NCBI GenBank assembly: GCA_963719315.1
Contig: CAVRBU010000002.1
Span: 672,001-736,000, forward strand
DNA length: 64,000 nucleotides
Source: an uncultured Planctomycetota bacterium
GTDB taxonomy: Bacteria > Planctomycetota > Planctomycetia > Pirellulales > Lacipirellulaceae
Direction of reading: 5' to 3'
Part shown: one piece after another, positions 9,537 through 19,398 of the stretch
Layout of the letters: the number at the start of each line of letters is the position of its first letter
Numbering within the stretch: position 1 is the stretch's first letter
Notes under the pieces: generated by a model
The model's database searches: none
Told to the model about the DNA's origin: nothing
What the model saw: only the letters and a program-made list of their open reading frames with translations
Translations under genes and position numbers: made by a program

Positions 9537-10001
9537 CCGAAAGGTCTCCTTCCCTGAAGACGGTTCGTCGCCGAGCAGAAATTCGCCAATCGCGAATCGC
9601 TCGCCCGCGAGCGTATTTGGTGGGAGCCGGTCGGCCAGACCGCACCGGCATCCGTGGCAAGAGAGTCAATTCCCGCATGTGAGCGTTTTTCGGCGCAACT
9701 GGAAATTGTCCCCGCCTTTTCCATCGACGTTGCGGGGGCCGCAGTCGCTAGAATCAGCACAATGCGTGCGGATAATTCGTCGCACCCGCCGTTGCGACCG
9801 ATGCGGCAAGCAGCGCTTCCGCGACCCGTCAGCATCCCGCAGCCGGTAATCTTTGCGCCACAAGCAGCCGCCGCTCGATGCTAGCGAAGATAACCGGGCA
9901 TTTGGAAAGGACCACGGATGACATTAAACTGGCGATCGCCGGCTAGAATTCATCCGCCGCCATCCGCACACCCCGACCTCCGACCACTTATCCGCTCCGT
10001 A

Positions 10002-10619
10002 ATGCCATTCCTACGCAAACCCACGCCTGCCACGCTTCGCCGGATTCTGGCCCAGCAGTCGTCGCTCGAGTTCACCTATGACGAGGTTGGCGCGACGGCC
10101 GATCTTCCGGCATCGGCAGTCTCCCTTCCGTCTTGCTTCACCGTCGATCATACGCGCGTCGAACTCGGCGCCGGGCCGGCCGTGTTCGAGCGGGCGAAGT
10201 CGGGCCTCGCCCGCTGGCAACAATTCCGCCTCGGTTGGCTCGAAGCGTTCCCTGGTGACACGCCCCTTCGCGCCGGCGAAACGGTCCTCGTCGTCGCTCG
10301 TGCGGGCGGCTTGTGGTGGACCAACGCTGCCCGCATCGTTTACACCATCGATGAACAATCGGAAGCATCTACCCGCTTCGGCTTCGCCTATGGCACGCTC
10401 CCCGGCCACGTCGAATCGGGCGAAGAGCGATTCTTGATCGAATGGGATCGTGTGACCGGCGTCGTGTGGTTGGACATTCGGGCATTCTCTCGCCCGCGAC
10501 ATGTTCTCGTCCGCCTCAACCGCGGCCGCTCCCGCGCGATGCAGAAACGATTCGGCGCGGAGGCCGCCGTTGCGATGCGGCGAGCGGCCGACGGGGCAGG
10601 AAACAGGGGACAGGTTTGA
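10002..10619 (+). CDS. DUF1990 family protein
   Basis: FTYDEVGAT, FGFAYGTLPGHVESGEERF, DIRAFSRP. Confidence 0.85.
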   Translation: MPFLRKPTPATLRRILAQQSSLEFTYDEVGATADLPASAVSLPSCFTVDHTRVELGAGPAVFERAKSGLARWQQFRLGWLEAFPGDTPLRAGETVLVVARAGGLWWTNAARIVYTIDEQSEASTRFGFAYGTLPGHVESGEERFLIEWDRVTGVVWLDIRAFSRPRHVLVRLNRGRSRAMQKRFGAEAAVAMRRAADGAGNRGQV

Positions 10620-10678
10620 GAGGGCGCCCTGCAGCGCGCCTGATTTCCGAAAGTCCAACCAGACAGGAAGCCTCCTTG

Positions 10679-11425
10679 CTAATTCACTTTTGTCTGCGCC
10701 AGGAATGTGCGCGTGACTTCTTCGCGAGGACTCTCGAAGATTTGGTCTGGTGGGCCGCACTCAGCGACACGACCGGCGTGCATCACGTGGACGGTATGCG
10801 AGACATTGCGGGCGAAACCCATCGCGTGGGTGACGACGATCATCGTCTGACCACTTTGGGCCAGGTCGGTGATGACGCTGATCACCTCTGCCGCCATCCG
10901 CGGATCGAGGGCGCTCGTAGGCTCGTCGAACAATATGGCCTCGGGCTTCATTGCGAGCGCCCGGGCAATAGCCACGCGTTGCTGTTGTCCGCCAGAGAGT
11001 TGTTCGGGCATCGCAGTGAGTTTTTCGTCGAGGCCAACGCGGGCCAACAACTGCCTCGCCTCGGGTTCGGCTTCCTCGCGCTTGCAGTTTAGCACGTACA
11101 GCGGTCCGGCCAGCACATTTTCCAGTACGTTCATGTGCGGGAACAAGTGGAACTGTTGAAAGACCATCCCCACACGGCGGCGAAGGGCGCGCAGCGTGGT
11201 GGCCATTTCATGGTGCCCCGCGCCGGCCTGGAGTCGGACTTCATCCACCTGCACCTCGCCGGCTTGAAATGTCTCCAGCCCGTTGATGCAGCGGAGAAGC
11301 GTACTCTTGCCGCCGCCCGAGGGCCCGACTACCGCGGCCACTTCACCGCGAGAGACTGAGAGCGAAACGCCGTCGAGAACGCGGAGGTCGCCGTGATTCT
11401 TTACTAGGTTGCGGACGTCGATCAT
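10679..11425 (-). CDS. Polar amino-acid ABC transporter ATP-binding protein (GlnQ-like)
   Basis: GPSGGGKST, LSGGQQQRVAIARAL, LFDEPTSALDP; likely start MIDVRNL. Confidence 0.93.
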   Translation of the reverse strand: MIDVRNLVKNHGDLRVLDGVSLSVSRGEVAAVVGPSGGGKSTLLRCINGLETFQAGEVQVDEVRLQAGAGHHEMATTLRALRRRVGMVFQQFHLFPHMNVLENVLAGPLYVLNCKREEAEPEARQLLARVGLDEKLTAMPEQLSGGQQQRVAIARALAMKPEAILFDEPTSALDPRMAAEVISVITDLAQSGQTMIVVTHAMGFARNVSHTVHVMHAGRVAECGPPDQIFESPREEVTRTFLAQTKVN

Positions 11426-11429
11426 TGAA

Positions 11430-11471
11430 GGATGCAGGATACGGGATACGGGATGCTGGGGACAGGGATTG
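11430..11471. repeat. Heptamer array between the ABC genes
   Basis: GGATGCA GGATACG GGATACG GGATGCT GGGGACA GGGATTG. Confidence 0.7.
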
Positions 11472-11489
11472 GAAGTATCGCCTTGAGTC

Positions 11490-12995
11490 TTATTGTGCAA
11501 CTGTTTTGAATCGTGTTTCCATACGGCGAGCGACTAAAGACAGCGGATAGCTCATCAGTAGATACAGTGTCGCGGTCATCAGGCCAAATTCCAGCATCAG
11601 CCGAGGGTGGTTGTTGATGAGAAAGCGATATTCTCCCGTTAGCTCAATGACCGAGATCATCGACACGACCGAAGTGTCTTTGAACAGCGCAATAAAGTCG
11701 TTGGTGACAGGCGGAATCACAATCCGCACGGCTTGGGGAACGATCACGCGGCGGAGCGCAGTTCGAGTGCTCATGCCGAGCGAGAGGGCAGCTTCCATCT
11801 GCCCGCGCGGGATCGCAAGCAGGCCGGCGCGGTAGTTTTCCGCTTCGTAGGCCGAGTAATTGATGGCGAGGCCGAGCACGCCGGTCCAGAACTCCGGCAG
11901 CGAAATGCCCGTGAACTGTGGGAGCAAGTAGTAAAGTACGAACAACTGCATCAAGAGCGGAGTTCCGCGGAGAAACTCGACGTAGGCTTCGAGCGGCAAG
12001 CGAATCCAGGTGGGTCCATATAGACGACCAAGTGCGACCAACAGCCCGATGGCTATCGCGAGCGGCATCGAAAGGAATGAGAGTTCCACGGTGACCAGTG
12101 CGGCCCTCAAAAGTTTGCCCAAGTAATACGGCATTTTCGCCCATCGCGACTCTTTCACACCCTGCGATGGTGGCCAATTCTTGGCAATCTCAACGAGCCG
12201 CAACTGGTCGTCGTTCCAAACGCCGTACTTCTCGTATAGTCGCCGCAGTGTACCATCGTCAATCGACTTGAGGATGGCTGCGTTGATTTGTTCACGAAGC
12301 CGCTCCTCACCCGGCCGAACGTAGCCGACGTAATAACCTGGCGCAACCGGTTCGCCGACGGAATGCAGCTTTGGGTATTGAGGCCCGTAGAAAGTGACAA
12401 TCGGAACGTCTTGCAGCGTGGCGTCGAGCGTCCCCTGCTCGACCATGCCCATCACCATCGTGATCTCAGGCAACTTCAAGAGCTCGACCGAGTCGCCAAA
12501 TTCCTTCTCGACATACCGGGCAGCGGCCGATCCTTGCAACACGCCGACACGCTTGGGCTTCTGCCCCGGCTTGGCTCGTAAATCGCTCCAGGACCCGATC
12601 GAGGCGTCGTCGGAGCGAGCCAGGAGCTGCAACTTGTAGACGTAATACGGGATGGTTGAGGGAGTCTCTCGCTCGCGCTCAGCCGACCATTCATATCCGT
12701 TTAGGACGATGTCGATGCTGCTCTGCTTAAGCTTTTGCGGCAGGGTCTCCCATTCCCACTGGACGAATTCCGGCCGGACGCCCAACTCGCGGGCCAAGTG
12801 GTCCAGCAACTCGTATTCGAAACCGACCAGCTTACTGTCGGCACCCTCGTAGATGTACGGCCCGCCGCCGCTCGCGTCGCCGCCCCAACGGAGCGCGCCG
12901 CGCTCGTGGACTTGGTCCAGCGTGTCCTCGGCGGCTGCCGTCGAGGGAATCGTGGACAGCAGCACCGTGACAAGCACGTACAAGCGGATGCGCAT
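11490..12995 (-). CDS. Polar amino-acid ABC transporter, fused substrate-binding protein and permease
   Basis: Signal peptide, SBP family 3 domain, then RGTPLLMQL, AYEAENYRAG, GQMEAALSLG, FKDTS. Confidence 0.92.
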   Translation of the reverse strand: MRIRLYVLVTVLLSTIPSTAAAEDTLDQVHERGALRWGGDASGGGPYIYEGADSKLVGFEYELLDHLARELGVRPEFVQWEWETLPQKLKQSSIDIVLNGYEWSAERERETPSTIPYYVYKLQLLARSDDASIGSWSDLRAKPGQKPKRVGVLQGSAAARYVEKEFGDSVELLKLPEITMVMGMVEQGTLDATLQDVPIVTFYGPQYPKLHSVGEPVAPGYYVGYVRPGEERLREQINAAILKSIDDGTLRRLYEKYGVWNDDQLRLVEIAKNWPPSQGVKESRWAKMPYYLGKLLRAALVTVELSFLSMPLAIAIGLLVALGRLYGPTWIRLPLEAYVEFLRGTPLLMQLFVLYYLLPQFTGISLPEFWTGVLGLAINYSAYEAENYRAGLLAIPRGQMEAALSLGMSTRTALRRVIVPQAVRIVIPPVTNDFIALFKDTSVVSMISVIELTGEYRFLINNHPRLMLEFGLMTATLYLLMSYPLSLVARRMETRFKTVAQ

Positions 12996-13242
12996 TGAGT
13001 GCCCCTCCTTACTGGATCGAAACGTGCTCCTCGAGCGACAGCGCTATTCGGAGCGCGAAGAAGCAACGAAGTATGTCGCAGGCTGCGAGTTCCCGCAATC
13101 GTTATTGACGGTCACTGCTGCGGGCAAAGCAAGACAGGTAGATTTCCTGCACGGTAGTCGCGCACCTTCGACTGAAAAAAGCAATCGAGAACCTGCCGCC
13201 AGTTGAGAAGAAATTCGGGCCGGAGCAATGCTCCGTCTACGG

Positions 13243-13737
13243 TTATTGATAGCCGCCTTTTGCGGCGGGGTCGGGAGAGAGGATAAGACATTGTGGCAGT
13301 TGTTGCTGAAGGTATCGAATCAAGTCTTGATCGACGTTTGGATTGCCGCCGACGTCCAGAGCGATATTGGACTTCCCCGCCTCATTAATTCCTTCAAGCA
13401 GGCGAATCTGTCTTATGTAAGGGACCATTGATTTAATAGCGTCGGCGGTCGCAGTTCGGAGACCGATGGCTGGAACGTAGACGAAATACTCGTCACCCAA
13501 CAATTTATTTTGCCACGCTGGCCGTCGGTTAACGCCCGACTTGCCACTGATAACCTGATTTGAGTTGCCTTCAATACGAACGCGAACCGGCTTACCGCCA
13601 AGAGCCTCGATTTGTAGCACGGCAGCGGCCTGTTGCTTCGCCGCGTTGATCTTGTATCCAAGTATTCCGAGTGCGATGGCGGCACACGTGAAAACGATCA
13701 TCAGTGCACGAAGAGAAAATTTACGAAATCGGGACAC
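13243..13737 (-). CDS. Hypothetical membrane-anchored protein (FSLRALM N-terminal motif, degenerate LRR-type tail)
   Basis: KFSLRALMIVFTCAAIALG, QAAAVLQIEALGG, LQQQLPQCLI; SD-like AAGGA upstream. Confidence 0.6.
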   Translation of the reverse strand: MSRFRKFSLRALMIVFTCAAIALGILGYKINAAKQQAAAVLQIEALGGKPVRVRIEGNSNQVISGKSGVNRRPAWQNKLLGDEYFVYVPAIGLRTATADAIKSMVPYIRQIRLLEGINEAGKSNIALDVGGNPNVDQDLIRYLQQQLPQCLILSPDPAAKGGYQ

Positions 13738-13901
13738 GGCGTTATTTCCTTGAACGTGATCGATCTATTGGAATTCAACGATCAAAGCGGCAGAACAAGC
13801 GCCGTTTAACCCCCGACCGTGGGCTACTAGTCGACTTCGCGGCGCACCATGGTGTGCGTCCTGACCGGCTGGGAATTGGCTCGCAAATTCAGCGACCATA
13901 G

Positions 13902-14480
13902 TCAGGCACTCTGCAATTCTTGTTCGACGATCTGCCGAGCGCGTAAGGTGGCTTCGTTCGCGACCGGTCGCGTGCGTGAAATAATGTAGGCCGCGATGAA
14001 ACCGCTCAGCGCGGAAAGCCCAAGCGTCCAACCGGCCGCTAACGATTCGCCGATCGCGACCCACCCTGCCGAACGGCTGGAACTCAATGTAATGTACGGA
14101 ATGGACGGCTGGTGCGGTGAGGGTGGTGCGTATGAGGCCACAGGTGGCTGCATCGGCACTGGGTAAACTGTTGGGGCATACGTTGGAACCCGCTGAATGT
14201 TTAGCCCCATTACGTGTTGCCAGGCGAAATCGGGCACGTACCGGTTGAACGGCTGTTGCAGATTGAGCCCGCCGCAGAGGAGGATCACGACCGCGAAACC
14301 GGACCAATAAGCCCGCCGCTTTCCCCTGGAGTAAATCGCCAAAAACAGCGATGCGACCAATATTAACAGCAGCATACTCCGGCGCACGTCCTGCGAGCCG
14401 GTGAATCCGCTGAACGTCGATAGCCATAACGCCATCAACGCAAAACCAATCAGTAGCGATCTCGTGCCAAAGCGGGGCAT
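13902..14480 (-). CDS. Hypothetical membrane protein
   Basis: MPRFGTRSLLIGF start, about four hydrophobic segments, RAYWSGFAV. Confidence 0.65.
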   Translation of the reverse strand: MPRFGTRSLLIGFALMALWLSTFSGFTGSQDVRRSMLLLILVASLFLAIYSRGKRRAYWSGFAVVILLCGGLNLQQPFNRYVPDFAWQHVMGLNIQRVPTYAPTVYPVPMQPPVASYAPPSPHQPSIPYITLSSSRSAGWVAIGESLAAGWTLGLSALSGFIAAYIISRTRPVANEATLRARQIVEQELQSA

Positions 14481-14587
14481 GCCGGTGAATGTACCATCTG
14501 GCGTGAGCCGAGCCTATGGCGTTAGCCTGCCCGTACTGGTGCCTCGACCCTGATGGCACGCTCGACCGGTGTGGTACAATCCCAATC

Positions 14588-15742
14588 ATGGCGAATCGAA
14601 AGAAACTCTTGCGCCGGACGAAGCCGCGAATTCGCCGACGGTCGGCGGTCGGCGCGAAGCCCGGGACGGTCACGATCCAGCCCGACGCGCAGCCCACAAC
14701 CATCCGGGTAATGGCCTACGACCAGGACCACGTCGTCGAAAAGACCATCGACGACCCAAAGGAATTGCGCGAGCTCATCGGAAAATGGCCCGTCCTGTGG
14801 GTCGATGTCGTCGGCCTCGGTAGCGAGCAGACGCTACGGGCGATTGCCGAAACATTCCACCTTCACCCGCTTGCGCTCGAAGATGTCGTGCATCTTCACC
14901 AGCGGGCTAAAGTGGACCCTTACGGTGAGAATCTGTACATCGTCATGCGGATTCCCGATAAGTCTCGCGAGCAGATTTGTGAGCAGTTCAGTTTGATCCT
15001 GGGCAAGAATTACCTGGTAACGTTTCAGGAAAGGCCGGGAGACTTTTTCGATCTGGTGCGCGCCGGCGTCCGGCTTAAAGATAGTGCGGCGCGGCAAGGG
15101 ATTCATCCCGATTATCTCGCCTACCGATTGATCGACGCTGCGATCGACGCGTATTTCCCCGTGCTGGAAGCGATCGGCGATCACCTGGATGAGCTGGACG
15201 ATCCGGCAGCCGTCCAGAATACACAAACAGCGTTTGCCGATTTGCACGTAGTGCGGCGCGAACTCCTAATGTTGCGACGGGCCATCTGGCCCCTCCGCGA
15301 TGCGATCAGCGAGCTGCGCTCGGAGATTACGCCCTTCGTGACCGATGCGACCCGCGTGTACCTACGCGATTGCTACGACCACGCCGTGCAATTGATCGAC
15401 TTGATGGAGTCGTATCGCGATATCGCCGGCGATGTGCGCGACTACTACCTGTCCACGATTAGTAATCGCATGAACGAGATCATGAAGACGCTCACGCTGA
15501 TCGCCACGATCTTCATGCCGATCACGTTCTTGGCCGGTGTGTGGGGCATGAATTTCAATCCGGAATCCTCACCCTGGAATATGCCGGAGTTGAATTGGCG
15601 ATATGGCTATCCGGCATCGCTCGGGCTCATGGCGCTCATGACAGTAGGCATGGTGTGGTATTTTAAGCGCCGAGGCTGGCTCAAAGGCTTGATCAGCGAA
15701 GCGAAGTCGGACTCGAGTCGTGAAGACACGAATAGTAGCTGA
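14588..15742 (+). CDS. corA: Magnesium/cobalt transporter CorA
   Basis: LHPLALED, YLRDCYDH, RMNEIMKTLT, GVWGMNF, MPELNWRYGY. Confidence 0.95.
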   Translation: MANRKKLLRRTKPRIRRRSAVGAKPGTVTIQPDAQPTTIRVMAYDQDHVVEKTIDDPKELRELIGKWPVLWVDVVGLGSEQTLRAIAETFHLHPLALEDVVHLHQRAKVDPYGENLYIVMRIPDKSREQICEQFSLILGKNYLVTFQERPGDFFDLVRAGVRLKDSAARQGIHPDYLAYRLIDAAIDAYFPVLEAIGDHLDELDDPAAVQNTQTAFADLHVVRRELLMLRRAIWPLRDAISELRSEITPFVTDATRVYLRDCYDHAVQLIDLMESYRDIAGDVRDYYLSTISNRMNEIMKTLTLIATIFMPITFLAGVWGMNFNPESSPWNMPELNWRYGYPASLGLMALMTVGMVWYFKRRGWLKGLISEAKSDSSREDTNSS

Positions 15743-15793
15743 ATTGGCAAAATTCAGCCGAGTGATGAACTGAATTCTTGCGAATTCAGCTAT
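15735..15793. repeat. REP doublet, second GTAG family
   Basis: GTAG-CTGAATTGGCAAAATTCAG ... CTGAATTCTTGCGAATTCAG-CTAT between convergent genes, overlapping the corA stop. Confidence 0.7.
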
Positions 15794-15799
15794 ACCCTA

Positions 15800-16801
15800 T
15801 CACGCCGCAGCTTCGGCGAGCTTTGGACCGTCGTTCTCGTCGCCTGCTAAGTGGGGCAGTAATTCCCACCGGCGTTCGCCCTCTATCGCTTCAGGCGACA
15901 GGGAATCAATGAACTCGAGTCTCGGCAACAGGCCTTTCCCGTGGGCGACTTGAATTGCGAGACCCGGTCGGGCATTGGCCTCGAGCACGACGGCGCCAAC
16001 ATTGGCGTCGATCACGAAATCGACGCCGATGTAACCCATCTCGAGTACGTCGGAAAGTTTCATCGCGGCGGCCAATAGTTCACGCCAACCGGGAATCTCC
16101 AGTCCGGCGATTGGTTCGCCTGTATCCGGGTGGTGTGTGATCGCGCGGTTCTGGCATACCCCGCCGAACGTGCGACCGGTAACGAGATGCACCGCGGCCG
16201 CCGCGGCGCCTTGATGCAAATTCGCCCGACCCTCGGATTGCGTCGTCGGCAGGCGGACCATTGCCATCACAGGGACGCTCTTGTACAAAATCACGCGGAT
16301 ATCGGGCGTGCCGCCGATGGCGATTCGCTGCATCGTCGGATGCATGATGATTCGCTGCTCGACGATCGCTCTATCGACCTGTCCGCCGAGCGAATACAAG
16401 CCGGAAAGAATCGTCGAAATATGGTACGCGAGCTCGCCCTCGCTAATCGTGCGGCCGCTGGATGTTTCGAATTCCTTGCCCTTGCGGCGGGCGACGACCA
16501 CAATACCGCGGCCAGCCGAACCCGAGGCTGGCTTCACGACGAACTCGCTTCGGTCGGCAATCAATTGCGAAAATCGCCGCACGTCGCCATAGCGGCGAAT
16601 CACCGCGTACGTTTCCGGCACCGGAATGTCGTGAAGCTGGCAATAGTCTTTCGTGATCGTCTTGTCGTCCACGCGCGGGTAAAACGCGCGCGGGTTGTTC
16701 GCCTGCACGAACGCCAAGTTGCGGCGATTGATACCGAGCACGCCGGCCTTTTCCAATTCGATTGGCCAGGCCAGGAGCCGCTGTCGCATGTTGCCGAACA
16801 T
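15800..16801 (-). CDS. Alpha-L-glutamate ligase-like ATP-grasp protein (RimK-related)
   Basis: GVLGINRRN, VDDKTITK, FVVKPASGSAGRG, MAMVRLPT..GRANLHQG, LEANARPGLAIQ; ATG overlaps the upstream TGA. Confidence 0.9.
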   Translation of the reverse strand: MFGNMRQRLLAWPIELEKAGVLGINRRNLAFVQANNPRAFYPRVDDKTITKDYCQLHDIPVPETYAVIRRYGDVRRFSQLIADRSEFVVKPASGSAGRGIVVVARRKGKEFETSSGRTISEGELAYHISTILSGLYSLGGQVDRAIVEQRIIMHPTMQRIAIGGTPDIRVILYKSVPVMAMVRLPTTQSEGRANLHQGAAAAAVHLVTGRTFGGVCQNRAITHHPDTGEPIAGLEIPGWRELLAAAMKLSDVLEMGYIGVDFVIDANVGAVVLEANARPGLAIQVAHGKGLLPRLEFIDSLSPEAIEGERRWELLPHLAGDENDGPKLAEAAA

Positions 16802-18396
16802 CAGGCCGCCTCTCGGGGTGCGACCAGATCTCGGAACCGCCACAACTCGGTCAGCCGGTAGCCGGCATATCGGCCGAGCACGATGAAAACCGCGATCGTG
16901 AAGAAGTGTGCTTCCGGATACGTGAGAACGAAGCTGCCGACAGACTTCGAACCCAGAACCAGGTAACACAACAGCGCGACCGTTAACGTGCCGGCCGCGA
17001 GTTTGAGTGTATGCAGCATGCCGTCTTCATCGGCGCTGACGTGGAACCGCTCGATCAAGTTCGTGAGGATGATCATCGGCAATAGCACGACTTCAGCGCG
17101 CATTGAAGGCATCCAAAAGTGCAACGCGGAGATACCGAATACAACGCTTAGGATCACAAGCGTCAGGATTATGCTCAACCGCGGCACGGTAAGTAGACGC
17201 AGCCCCTCGAGCGCCCAGCGGCCGATCAATCCGACCGTAAACACCAACAACACGATCGCCAGGCCGGTCTTCCAATCGGCGTAGATGAAACTCATTGCCA
17301 GCAGCGCCGGCGAGAACGTGCCAAACGTGCCCACCCCGATCACGTTTCGTAAGAACGTGGTGATGAGCGCCGCGAACGGCAGTAGCAACAAGATCTTCAT
17401 GACCACGTGCATTTTGACCGGCAGTCGGCGCAGGTTGAGAATCTGCAAAGGGTCCTGCAGCTCGGCCTGCGTAACGAGCGGGTCGGGCGGCAGCCGCTTG
17501 ATCGAGTAGCCGATCTTGAGACCCTTCACGTTTTGAGAGGTGTAAGGCACGTCGGCATCGCGGCGGACGGGCACGTACTCCATCGGCAAATTGAGCGAAA
17601 ATCCGTTCGTGGGATCGAATGGCTCCCACCGCTGGTGCTGAAACACTTCGGCCCAAACGTGCGGCTGAATGTCGGCGCCTTGTCGCACGACGAAGCCCGC
17701 CACTAGTCGCGCCGGCAGACCGAGCGCGCGGCAAAGCGTGACCATCGCGCGGGCCCGCGCTTTGGGCGAACCGTGTTTCGTGGTGAGCGCGATTTTGGCG
17801 TCGTCCGTCGGCAACTCGTCCGTCGAATCGATTGCCGAACAATACTCGAACGCCCATTGCAGCCGCTCGAAATCGGTCTGCGCATCGGCCGGAGCACTTT
17901 GAGCAATCTGCTTCACGGCGGGTTCCGTCGTCGGCAGTTCGACTTCCGGCCGCAAAAACCGGTCGCGCGAAGGCAGGCTTTCCAGCGAGCTGTGGCCCTC
18001 TTCGATCCGCGGACTCAAACGCAGCACGAACTTCGCTTTCACTTCATAGGGAGCCGGAGCAATTTGCCGCGTGGAAAGAACAAGTAGCCGGTTCCCGGTG
18101 ACAGTGTAGGGTCGCGTAGTTTTAGAACGCAGGTTCGGGTTCGTAAGGACCGCACTTTCGCGGCTGCGATCCATTTGGCAATGCCGTGTATCGAACGGCA
18201 CGCCCAACCGCACTTGCGATTGTTCCTGGCCTTTGGACTCGATCGCTTCGAAATGTGCGTCATATGTCAATTCCCAAAACGTATCCTCGTGTGCAGCCTC
18301 GTCGCGACTGATCGCTTCCCGCCGCAACTCGAGACACACTGTGCCTAGAATCACAAAACCGAAGATGGCCAACACGCTCAATGAGTGTGAATTCAT
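16801..18396 (-). CDS. Inactive transglutaminase-like domain fused to 7TM domain
   Basis: LCRALGLPARLVAG, HVWAEV, WEPFDPT; C-terminal RNVIGVGTFGTFSPALL ... GRYAGYRLTELWRF. Confidence 0.85.
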   Translation of the reverse strand: MNSHSLSVLAIFGFVILGTVCLELRREAISRDEAAHEDTFWELTYDAHFEAIESKGQEQSQVRLGVPFDTRHCQMDRSRESAVLTNPNLRSKTTRPYTVTGNRLLVLSTRQIAPAPYEVKAKFVLRLSPRIEEGHSSLESLPSRDRFLRPEVELPTTEPAVKQIAQSAPADAQTDFERLQWAFEYCSAIDSTDELPTDDAKIALTTKHGSPKARARAMVTLCRALGLPARLVAGFVVRQGADIQPHVWAEVFQHQRWEPFDPTNGFSLNLPMEYVPVRRDADVPYTSQNVKGLKIGYSIKRLPPDPLVTQAELQDPLQILNLRRLPVKMHVVMKILLLLPFAALITTFLRNVIGVGTFGTFSPALLAMSFIYADWKTGLAIVLLVFTVGLIGRWALEGLRLLTVPRLSIILTLVILSVVFGISALHFWMPSMRAEVVLLPMIILTNLIERFHVSADEDGMLHTLKLAAGTLTVALLCYLVLGSKSVGSFVLTYPEAHFFTIAVFIVLGRYAGYRLTELWRFRDLVAPREAA

Positions 18397-18618
18397 GGGG
18401 AGTCTTCTCGTCGGCCGACGCGGCGACCGCTTGTTCCTAAAACGCGGGCTATGATCAAATATAGGTTTGGATCGACGCGACTCGGCTCGGCTGCCACTGG
18501 GCAACAAGACTGGATTCACGTTCCTCAAAGTCGTTGCGGCCGGTAAAATGCGACCATTCTGAAAAACGCGGCGATGTGTCTCGAACGTCGGCGATCATTG
18601 GCCGAGGAGTTGTTGGGT

Positions 18619-19188
18619 ATGACTTCTGTACGTATGGAATTGAACCGAACTGCCGCCATTGGTCGCGGCCTATTGCCCGCTGTCGTGGCGGCACTTGCGA
18701 TAGGATTGGTGAGTGTCATGAATATGTCGGGCAAAGATTCCCCTGGGAAAAAAGCGAAACGCATCATCGGGGCAACGGCCGAATTGACCGAGGTCAGCTC
18801 TGGCATTGCATTTCCAGCCCGCATCGACACCGGGGCCGAAACGTGCTCGCTGCACGTGGAGCACATCGAAATCCAAGACAAAACAGCCCGGCGCGTGCAC
18901 AACGTCGGCAAGACGATCCGCATACTGTTGAAAGGCAAGGACGGTAAGTCGCATTGGATTGAAGGCGTCGTCGCCGACGCGGTGCGCGTGAAGTCGTCGT
19001 CTCTGCCAACCGGCGATTACGACCATCGCTACAAGGTGCGGCTCACGCTCGAATGGAAAGATGTTCGCAAGGAAGTATTGGTGACGCTCAACGATCGCAC
19101 GGATATGGAGTACCCGCTCCTTGTGGGCCGAAATTTCTTAAGGGGCGATTTCCTGGTGGACGTTTCTCAAGACGGCGGCGAAGGCTAG
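18619..19188 (+). CDS. Retropepsin-like peptidase (RimK-associated 'ATP-dependent zinc protease' family), membrane anchored
   Basis: ARIDTGAETCSLH, VTLNDRTDMEYPLLVGRNFL; N-terminal TM helix; SD GAGGAG. Confidence 0.88.
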   Translation: MTSVRMELNRTAAIGRGLLPAVVAALAIGLVSVMNMSGKDSPGKKAKRIIGATAELTEVSSGIAFPARIDTGAETCSLHVEHIEIQDKTARRVHNVGKTIRILLKGKDGKSHWIEGVVADAVRVKSSSLPTGDYDHRYKVRLTLEWKDVRKEVLVTLNDRTDMEYPLLVGRNFLRGDFLVDVSQDGGEG

Positions 19189-19398
19189 CAGACTGTCTGG
19201 CTTCGCGTCACGGCAATTGCCACTTGCGGCCGATTGATAGCACGCTAGCAACCACACCCAAGTTGACCACTGGGCAAAAATCGCCATACTACGCGGCCAA
19301 CCTCGCGTCGGTCGCCCGCGGCCGCCGTTTGTCCCACCCCCGCGTTGGGCTGCCAAGCCCGACGCCCCGCGCGACCCAATCAAGGAAGAGAGGGCACC

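Noticed and set aside
13765..14703. 312-aa ORF and similar long Arg/Pro/Ala-rich alternative-frame ORFs throughout the window
   Set aside because: They overlap better-supported genes and have shadow-frame composition.
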